Source: a virus
Reading direction: 5' to 3' (one strand)
IMG/VR virus record: IMGVR_UViG_3300035698_024280
Length of the DNA: 64,000 bases
The position numbers and the translations under genes are program-made. Positions within the stretch are counted from its first letter, which is position 1. Every line of letters starts with the position of its first letter. Below, one piece after another: positions 54,749-64,000 of the stretch. The notes under the pieces are model-generated. The model did not search any database, was not told the origin of the DNA, and saw only the letters and a program-made list of their open reading frames with translations.

Positions 54749-56835
54749 ACTATTATTATACAGGGGTTCCTTAATTGTACTTTATATCACAATAAGTATC
54801 TAACTTGTCCCATACAGCGAACATAACGACAGATCTAACACTCCTTAAAGTTTTTTGTGTAAATATCGACTCTACATACTGCCGATTATGACTAAATCTT
54901 TGAGGCGTGTATAAACCTGTATCAAAAATAGTGTATGATAGCATAAGAGGCCCACTGGAAGGTAATAATAATAGCTGGTCTATATTAGGAGTATTATTCA
55001 TAGGATTTAAGCGACGCGCGCACAAATAACCCTATATTAGAGAGCTTTGTTGTTGGTGATGGTATGGGAGGCATATAAGAGGTTAGAAGATCGTGAAACC
55101 AATACCGCTCACTGCAGTTATTTGATGTAATTAAAATATTAGAGTGTGGATCTGTAGTACTATCTATTGCCGAAAAAAACTCATCGACGATCGATTTATA
55201 TTTTATTGGAATTTTGGAAGTATTAGAGAAACTCATATGAATGTAGTTTTTGTGTAATATGTAGAGCTATGCCTCTTCTTATACCGTATGAATCCTCATT
55301 AAAAAGTGCAGCTTCGTATGAATTTCTAATATTAACTAATGTACTGATTTCATAATAATAATAGTCGATAGTTTTATTGTTGATATTGCAGTCTAAGCTG
55401 TTGGAATATATTAATTCGCGCCAGTTAGAAAATGCCTGTCGCGCTTGCGTAATGAGCCGATTGAGATCAAAGGATCTTTTTTCTTTTACAGTCTTCATAT
55501 AAATGCAGTTTACAGCCCACAAAAAATTCTATATTATTATTAGTTTTAAAATGAAGCGAATCAAAGTAGGATAAATAGCTTTTTGAATCTAGAGCATATA
55601 CCACAGCAGACTGAACCTGGTGAAAAATATCGAAGACCAGTCTACGCTTACTGAGTTTGCTTTTTGTATTAAACATATGAACTAAATTTATCGTTGAGAT
55701 TTTTTATCATACTAGCTCGAGTGTAGATAGTCAATTTTCTATTAAATAATAATTTGGTTTCCTGGTAGTGGTAGTTTTGCTTATAATTGTTTGCGCCGAC
55801 GGTTAATGTATAACATTCCTCATGATCATCAAATAAATAACGTCGTCCCGGTATATATAGCCGAGATTTGGGTAATGGTCGCATTACATAATTAATGGTC
55901 TTATTTGTATCCATACAGTTTTTTTGTTATAAAATTACTTAATGAGTTTGTCAACTTCACATTAGTTTTAAGGGCATACAAACTCATAATGTCGGCATTA
56001 TCATATAACTTACAACCAGATTCCGCAGAGTAAAATGAAAAGGGATTACCCTTAGACGATATATTTCGAACTTCTTTAAACTCTCTCCAAATATTACAGA
56101 ATCGATTTAATTGCAGTGCTGTAGAATTATTCATATGTTTTAAGTTTACGATTTATAATATAATTATACGGGGGTTCCTCCCATTAAATCATTAATATAA
56201 TTATATTTTGAACTGCTTTAACCCCTATCCAAATGTTTTAGAATCAGACTGATTGTAGTGCTGTAGAATTATTTGTATGTTTCAAGTTTAAGAATTATAA
56301 TATGTACTATCGCCCATCTTTCCCGTCGCCTGGCGACGGGATTAATCGCCATTAATTCATTAATATACCTAAATTCTTCCCAAATAGATGTAGCAGCGCG
56401 GTTTATATCTGATATATTACTCATACGACTCAAGTTTAATGCATACTTGCGACCATACAGCATACTTCTTCATATATTTTTGAGATATGTTATTGTAAGC
56501 GGATGCAACATTAGTATAATTGTAATATAGTTGTTTATTGTTTGCAGTAATACACCATTTTTTGGAAATACTATGTTTATGTTTCGTTAATTGCGAAATG
56601 CAAATTACAGGTCTCACCATAAAAGTATAAACGCTATTCATATTCTTTCATTTTATCGTGTATTATGCCGCTCTTCTTATCACTAAGGCGTTCGTCTGAT
56701 TTACGCTCAAACAATATTTTAACTGTATTATACCCATACAAATTATTATGAGATTCTGTAGAAACGTATCGTGTCAGTTTATGAAAGCGATTAAATTCAG
56801 CCCAAATTAAAGCGTAATGGTATTGTCTGCTGGTA

Positions 56836-57075
56836 TTATTTTTCATAACATCTCATTTTATCTATAATCCCTGCCACAATAATATGCCGCTTTGTTTCCT
56901 CCTTGGATACACTTTTATAAATAAATGATTTAATAGAAGCAGCAATGACAGCCTCATGTACTACGATAGAAGAATCAGGGAGACAATCGACTATTCTAGA
57001 ACTTTTAAAGGTCATATAAAACATCTCACTAATACCTATCGGGGCAGCTTTTATATATATGATATTACTTTTCAT
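56836..57075 (-). CDS. Array ORF, paralog of 57180..57446
   Basis: FY.TF.SS......V.......E.VI....KSFIY. Confidence 0.7.
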   Translation of the reverse strand: MKSNIIYIKAAPIGISEMFYMTFKSSRIVDCLPDSSIVVHEAVIAASIKSFIYKSVSKEETKRHIIVAGIIDKMRCYEK

Positions 57076-57179
57076 TATGATCGTATATTCCTAACTGCAT
57101 TATGATTGATTCCTGGTGATATTGCATCGTTTTTTCTCCATAAATAGTCTGCTCATTAACAAATAATCCCGACAAATCC

Positions 57180-57446
57180 TCAGGGTATATAAGTTGTAAT
57201 AATGTCTTCATATGATTGCATTTTATCCTTAATTTTATCTTTAATAGACTGTCGAGTGGTTTCTGTCGCTTCCGCTATCTTCATATATATAAATGATTTA
57301 ACATAAGAACTTATGACAGTCTCATATAATACAGTAGGGGGATCGGTACTGTACCGGATATCCTCACTACTTCTAAAAGTCGGGTAGAATGACGGCCCGA
57401 TACCATACGGGACAACTCTAAGTTTGTGTGAGGTATTAACTTGCAT
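57180..57446 (-). CDS. Array ORF, paralog of 56836..57075
   Basis: Same motif. Confidence 0.7.
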   Translation of the reverse strand: MQVNTSHKLRVVPYGIGPSFYPTFRSSEDIRYSTDPPTVLYETVISSYVKSFIYMKIAEATETTRQSIKDKIKDKMQSYEDIITTYIP

Positions 57447-60400
57447 TAGGTTTATATGTTTCTAACTGCGTTTCAATAGAAAGCATTATTTCATATTTGA
57501 TCGGGAGCATATCAAGTTTTCCGTATATTTCCTGAACTAATAAATAATCTGTAAAGGCTTCACATGTAATCTGTTTTCCTTCAGTATTATATAATATCTG
57601 ATATTCTGATAATTTACATTTCCAAAATTCTTCCCATATTGATTTATCAGGCTTAATTAAATTTAATAAATTAGACATTATTATGTTAAATTGATTAAGT
57701 TAAACATTCTCCTGGAATGGGCGCATCCCCATCGCCCAGCGCTGTGGGGGATGCGATATGTATGTTCTTTGCTGATCACATATAGCCCACATTATAGTAT
57801 ATCGTCGCGTGTTGCTTGATTTATTATCAAATGCGGCTTTAATATATCTATAGTCGTAATTTTGTTTTTTAAATCTGTAAGCCATTTCGGTTACCATGCC
57901 ATATGATGGAAAATCCTCACCATTAAAGTTGGTGAATTCTTTCCATATTGATCTCCTAGGCTCGATTAAAATTACATTATTATTCATTAGTTTACCGCTT
58001 TAAGGTTGAAATTTGGTTTTAATCTTTATAAGAATCTAGCTTCGCATTAACTATCTGTGAAACTGTCCGTGTCCAAATTATTTGGGAGGTTGTTCGATTA
58101 AATGATGTAATGGAGTCAAAATAAAGTTCTAATAATATAATGTTATTGAGACGAGACCTGTCTGAGGTTGTCGAGTTTAACATTGTGAGCTTTTTAATAA
58201 TATTACAAGAGAATGATGTCCGAATACAGTACGGAGATTGCCTACCTATCGAATCTAATGTGCGAGGGTGCAACTGTATATTATTTTTCATTTCTGGTAT
58301 TATAATGTTTAGCGGAACTATTAATCGAAAAGTAAAAGATTTGATAGTTGTATAATTAGCCCATCAGGACCTCTGCCTTTTGTGTTTCTAAAAACTACAG
58401 GGAATTCGTTACAAAATTTTAGTTTAATTAATCTTTGACTCGGTAATGGCAATCGGTTGAATAATATATACGGAGAGTCGTCTGGAAGCTTAATAAGTAT
58501 ACGCTTTTTCATTTTATCGTTCCGTGGTCGTGTTATACCAATTTCGTAAATGGGATTCAGTGAACGAAATGCCCTTAGTGAAGGCTAAGCGGTATCTGTC
58601 ATTAAACTCAATCCTTATCAGAGCATAATTTGTATATGATAAGCTGTAATATTTCGTTAGGTTTTTTTCATCATATGCGATTCCTAGATCGTAAAAAAAG
58701 CCGTCGATAGAACACATTTGAATCAGTAATTCATCCTCTGCATTATAATATGTTTGTGCTGTATATTCCATTTAGTTAATTATACACTCTTGAGAGATTT
58801 AAATTGACTATCCAGATGCACCTTTATATGGTCCTGAGCCGGGTTGGATACCTGCATATAATTCCACCATATTTGAGCACCGACTCTAAACTTCTGGCTT
58901 ATCTCATGCTGAGTGTGTGGATCTATATTATTAATTCTACCGAAGGTATCTGCAACAACGACACCGCGTCTAACTAAACGGTCAGGTAGAGCGATTGCTC
59001 GCCAAGCCATGGTAAGGGCTGGTGGCGGGCAGATAATTATAATATTCATAATGCGATTATGGCAGCATAACTATTATGCTGTAAGGTTGTAACTCTCAGA
59101 TAAAATAAAATCACGTGAGCTATACAATAATTATAAAGAGGTTCCTTTACATTTATTAATATCAATAGCTACCTGATTTATTATTTATATGCGGCTGTAA
59201 CATGTCAGTAATCGTTCGACCAGATCGCCTCATAAATACATAAAAATTATTCTGAGGTAAATTTACATACCGACGCTCAATGTTTATAATTGTACTATCA
59301 TCAAGATTAAATACGTAACAATCTAGCTCTTTTAATAAGGCTGAAGATGGGTCAATTAAAGCTATATTATTTTTCATTATATCTCTCGAATTGTTGACTA
59401 TCAAAAAAGCTATAAATCATATAAGATATCGATGGGCCTCGTCTATTAATAAATTTTACGCGATGTGCAACATATGTAGTACGTATAGGCCCATCGCGGC
59501 CGTCGCCTGCTATGTCAGCTCGATCGAATAAGCTATTAACTGACGAGTCAGGGACATGGACCTTAATATTACGGATTACTTCTTTGTACTGCATTATAAA
59601 AGTCGTCTAGTTTTGAGAGAAATAGTATATTTAAATTCGCCGACATATTTGCTCCCGATCGCTGCAGAAATATAAATCTAGGAGTGCCGGGTAATCCCCA
59701 TTGAGTATACGTGAGATATTTTAGTGTTGGATTATCTTGAGTGATCCACAAATTACATAAAAATGGAGGCTTATGTATATCTCTTTTCGTCATTATATTG
59801 TTCTTTAAAGAGGAATTTGAAACGAGTCGCAGCATCGGTAGTGCTCCTAAATCGATACCACCTAGTATATGCTGATTTATATGCAATCGATATTGATTTG
59901 TGAGCTTGACATTCACCCCACCACCATCTAATATAAAAGAATTCCTCCCCGTTTAGATTTATTTGTCTTTTAGTACCCATGCAGCATATATATTATTTTT
60001 TATCTTTATAGGACCTCAGTTGTTTTGTAATGGCAAATTTGATAGGGGCACAGCAAAAGCATGGTAAATCAAATCGAGTACAAAACAGTTGCTTAAATCT
60101 ATAATATGAGGGGGATGCCCTCGCGCGAGGGACTTTCATTCGTATTCTGCTATTCTTATACTCCTGTAACAGGTCGCATAGTTCATCGTCTATGAAATGG
60201 TTTGGTACCTTAATTGTTACATCTTTACTTCTTTTCATTTTGCTTTAATTTTTGAGATGATTATACCATCGTATTTACAATTCATATAGTTTATGATGCT
60301 TTATATTATGTAAACGTTCTATTGCGTCACCTACAGAGTTAAAAGGGAATGGAGTTGAGGTTGAGTTAAATCGATTGCTCCAATTGTTTAGATGTGCTGC

Positions 60401-62112
60401 TTTATCTATAAAATGGAAATCTTTAAATGGGGCAGTGAGAATATATTCATATGTAGGCTTTCTATATTTTTTCATTTAGCAGTGATTGATTTATAATACC
60501 TAGTATATGCGCTCTAAATCGTTGGCTTTTTATGATTGTGGTAGATGTAAATTTGTGATTTTCCATCCAAAATTTAAGCAGTAAACTATTACCTATGGCT
60601 AAATCTGCAAATTTATGTATGGGTTCTGGATAGTTAATTGACACTTTACTTTTACTTTTCATTCCGCTCAAATTAACAGTTTCTTCTCCAGGATCGAGTT
60701 AGTTTACCAGCGAGTAATCTATTAAAAGTATTGGGATGATTTTTTTCAATAGTTTCAATATAGTTATCGCGCCAGAAGTTAAATAATACGCTTCCCCTGC
60801 CTAGAAAAGTTGCAAATTTAGATATTTCAGATCTCGGATATTTAATTGTTATTTCTCTGCGTATTTTCAAACTTTCAATTTAAGGTCAATGGTTTTAGTG
60901 TTGCAATTTGCATATCGATAGCGGTGATTATACCATCGTGTAAAAGCGATCGGAGCGCATACAGGTGTTGCACTCTTGTATGTACTATAGTTCTAACGTT
61001 GAAGAATATAATTCTCAACTCATCTGGATTTCGACCTAAATCCAACAAGTCAAAAATATTACTATGTTTTGACATCATATTTCTTAATTACCTCGAATGC
61101 ATCATTTAGCTTACTAACAATATTGCCTCGAACTTTATTGCCTCGAACTTTCTGCTTACGCATTATAAATCTTCTCCAAATATACAAAGCCTCGACACCC
61201 CCCCCTCGTTGATTCAATATATCTGCTTGTTGGGATATTACAGCTACCCAAAGCATATAAAAGACTTCTTCCCCGGGTTTGCTACCTAAGTCTTTCATAA
61301 TGCTCTTGTACTTCTCTCCCATATTTTTGTTCAAACTCCCTAAGTATGTGTATTCTTGCACTTTGATGCACGCTGCTATTTAAAATAAGAGAAATATACC
61401 AGGTTGAATGCTCAGAGGTTTTATTTCTAAGACGTGTAGGGAAATAAGCCCAAAGCATATCTGTTATTTGCTGAGTAGCTCGTTTAGGTTCAAAATCTAA
61501 GATATCATAAAACGCAGGACCGTTTATGGAACTGCCTTCAAAATTAATACTCATTATTTAATTCCTTAAATGATATAGTTAGGAACCGCATTTTTAGATT
61601 ATATGTTTGCTTATTGGCGGTGTATGAGGGCTCTCGGGTTCTATAAAATAGACTTGAGTGACCGACATACTTCATTGGGTTAGATGTTTTAGGCTCACCC
61701 GAATTAAGCCATTTAGTGGAGAGGGCAGAAACTAGACCTATATATGCTAAGCGATGTGTAAATATAGAATCCGTTAGCCTCTCAGACTGTTGTTTATTCA
61801 GCTTCATTACTCGCGTCGCGCTTAGATTTCAAAATCATGATACCTATCTACTATTAAATGCTTAAATAGAAAATTGTCTTCCCACCAATCATCGAATGTT
61901 ATAGTGTTGCTCTTATTAAGAGAATCCCAATGTATTTTACACTCATGCAGAATGCCCATTGTAGGCATTCGATATGGATACGCATCAGTGTAATGGAACC
62001 ATAACTCAGTCACATCATAATTAATTTGGCTCAAATGGACAGGTCGGCTTTGGGCTTTAGTGGTCGGGAATTGTTCTGATTTAGTAGACATTATAAATTA
62101 GACAAATAAAAA

Positions 62113-62206
62113 TGGTGCAGGTGGAGGGATTCGAACCCTCAATGTGATCATTAATCCGTGTTGGATTTTAAGTCCAATGCGTTTCAGCCAGTTTCGCCAC
62201 ACCTGC
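62113..62206 (-). tRNA. tRNA-Leu(UAA)
   Basis: GCAGGTG/CACCTGC-ACCA, loop CT-TAA-AA, long variable arm, T arm GAGGG-TTCGAAT-CCCTC; own promoter at ~62237. Confidence 0.93.
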
Positions 62207-62245
62207 ATGTTGTTAAGGGTAACTATATTATTCCTTATACTATTA

Positions 62246-63996
62246 TTATATAGAAGTTCCTTTATTTCCAAATCTATATGCATCCATCGCTTGTAATAAA
62301 CATAAATAATGCGGACGCGCCTTATGAGGGAAACGGTTGGTTACAATATTAAAAGATATTGGGCGCTGATTCAAAACGTGTATCCTTAGACGCTCGGCAT
62401 CATTTTGTTGTGATTGCTTAATAATTATCATTTTAAGGGTAGGTCCCAGTATTTTAGTATTTCTATGTGTTTCTGCCTGGCAGCTCAATGCCTTTCGTTA
62501 AAAAATATAGAGAGTTTATGCGGTTTCTGTCGTTTTTCCTCAATTTTTCACCTGATATTAAGTAAAGTGAGGCGTATAAATGCTCGCTCAGCACCTGTAC
62601 CTATAAAGCTAATAGCCATACTATATAATAACTGATCAGAGATATTTGAGTGAATAATACGCCTAATTTTATAGGTTAAATCTGGCTCATTGTAGCATGA
62701 TACACTAGTTGGGAGTACTTTCATATCTGATTGTCTTTTATTTGAAATTATGCGAATTGAGGTTACGAGCGATTATAGTCGCGAGGGGAGGCTGTAGCCT
62801 ATCACCTCTGAAGAAAAATGTAGATATTTCACGTTTAACGTCTGAGGCTAGTGGCCCGTCAATTGTCGACCAGACCAATGTTGGGATTATAATATATCCG
62901 GGTTGCGTGACCGCGTTTCTTATGGTTACTGATCTTACCATTTAAAATTGTATATTTGTAGCTGTACCTTATTTAACATCATGTAAACTAAGATAGAGCC
63001 TTTGTCTCACCGCTGATTTAATATTAGACCGTCGCTTGCCTTGAGTTTGAAAAAAAATACCAGAAATTTCCCAGACTCTGTCCTGAGAGAGTGATTCATT
63101 AATAGTCGACAAAATAAGGCCGAATGTGTTCGGCCGTTTCAGGAGCGGCATTTTATTATCCTTCATGTGAAACGGCATTCATCATCGCATAATAGCATCG
63201 CCTCATTGATTCATGATGAGAGCGGTTAATTGCTATACGCGAAACCTTCCAGACTAAAACTCCATCTACCGATTTAGTAACAGCTTCCCACAAACTCGAC
63301 TCAAATGCTATGGGTAGGCTTAGTATATCTTTAGCGTACTTCATTTAAGCGTAAGCAAGTGACGGGATTGAGTTCGTTTCTGAATTGAGTATTGCCTTCC
63401 ATACGAATTCTCGCCCGGCAGATTGACGGATTACGTTGTTTGATATCGCCCAGATTATATCTCTATCTGCCGATTTGCGAAGCATTTCTGACAAATTATG
63501 CTCAAACGGTCTGGGCGTAGCTAGCGGTATAGGTGGTGACCTTCTCATTTATGTGCGAATAGGTGACGATATACAGCTGCTCTAGTACTTATAATACCTG
63601 CAGCTGGAGGCGTCGTTCTAAATACTTTTACTGCAACGGACTGATATATATATATAGATAATTTTTCAGATATCAATTCAAAGGATGCTTTCGACAACTC
63701 AAGGTGAGGCTCTATACATATCTTTAGTTTTATTGATTTTCCATCTTTCATATTACAAATAAGCTAAACGCGTGTATTCGGTAGGGAAGTTACTATTTTG
63801 TATAAACTCATCAGTAAAATATGATATCAAAATAGTTTGATATAGCGGACTTAATTAGCTTTCGTTGAGGAATTATATCTTCGTTTTTGTACTTAGGTTT
63901 ACCATATCTATACGGACCTGTCTCTACAGCTATGCGGCACAGCGGGAAACATATCGAATCCCATACCCCAAATGGCGTGTCTTTTAAACGACTCAT
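62246..63996 (-). other. Continuation of the small divergent ORF array (about 8 ORFs)
   Basis: 62969, 63156 and 63345 ORFs share P..F...L....S.D....W.IS pattern; overlapping starts and stops. Confidence 0.65.
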
Positions 63997-64000
63997 CCGC

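Larger units (their letters stand above)
54771..62091 (-). other. Array of roughly 30 overlapping small (48-100 aa) divergent ORFs
   Basis: ORF-track minus ORFs tile the region with ATGA/TAATG overlaps; recurrent IW.EF and C-terminal I..K(L/M).(S/T)Y(E/K); extra 48 aa ORF at 57065..57211. Confidence 0.75.
34908..62262 (-). repeat. Dispersed early-promoter motif (A/T)AGGAAC-N5-TATAAT-(A/T)ATA(G/T)T-ATG, about 38 copies
   Basis: Copies read by eye near 34908, 35373, 36031, 36320, 36636, 36880, 37148, 37682, 38919, 39403, 39677, 40442, 40837, 41349, 41900, 42169, 42397, 42547, 43345, 43619, 43988, 44349, 45197, 46037, 46453, 49169, 49718, 50051, 50921, 52830, 53386, 53510, 53670, 54466, 54746, 56155, 59125, 62237; some are degenerate. 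Confidence 0.9.

Noticed and set aside
34908-54760. Integron cassette array
   Set aside because: No integrase and no attC-type inverted repeats; the repeated unit is a promoter.
62470-62730. In-frame TAG readthrough joining two short ORFs
   Set aside because: A single case, and TAG terminates core genes such as the portal. More likely a nonsense-decayed array member or chance.
588-62945. Many short opposite-strand or nested ORFs in the track (for example 588..917, 12789..12998, 25467..25814, 32630..32953, 44468..44716)
   Set aside because: They are shadows of well-supported genes or of noncoding hairpins and have no start signals or motifs.
54771-63996. Diversity-generating retroelement as the source of micro-ORF diversity
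   Set aside because: No reverse transcriptase and no template/variable repeat pair differing only at adenines is visible in this window.

Overview
Fragment of a large AT-rich T4-like (gp23/gp20-type) myovirus genome with three zones. (1) About 1-32.3 kb is a rearranged core: clamp-loader subunit, GroES, DinG-like helicase, tail terminator, portal, neck, head completion nuclease, protease, scaffold, major capsid, a gp5-like spike and spanin-like lysis genes. It also holds nucleotide-sugar enzymes, a 7-deazaguanine DNA-modification set (DpdA-like, PurN-like formyltransferase, kinase, QueF, QueE, PRTase) and an NrdAB pair whose beta subunit has class Ic (tyrosyl-radical-free) signatures. (2) About 32.6-54.7 kb is all on the minus strand. 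It consists of single-gene cassettes, each headed by a repeated GGAAC-N5-TATAAT-N6-ATG motif that implies leaderless mRNAs, plus several tandem paralog expansions, an RNA ligase, an HD protein, canonical and aberrant tRNAs, and candidate structured ncRNAs or repeats. (3) About 54.8-64 kb is a dense array of roughly 40 very divergent 50-100 aa ORFs with shared terminal motifs, plus tRNA-Leu. All calls come from reading motifs by eye; no database searches or folding programs were run.
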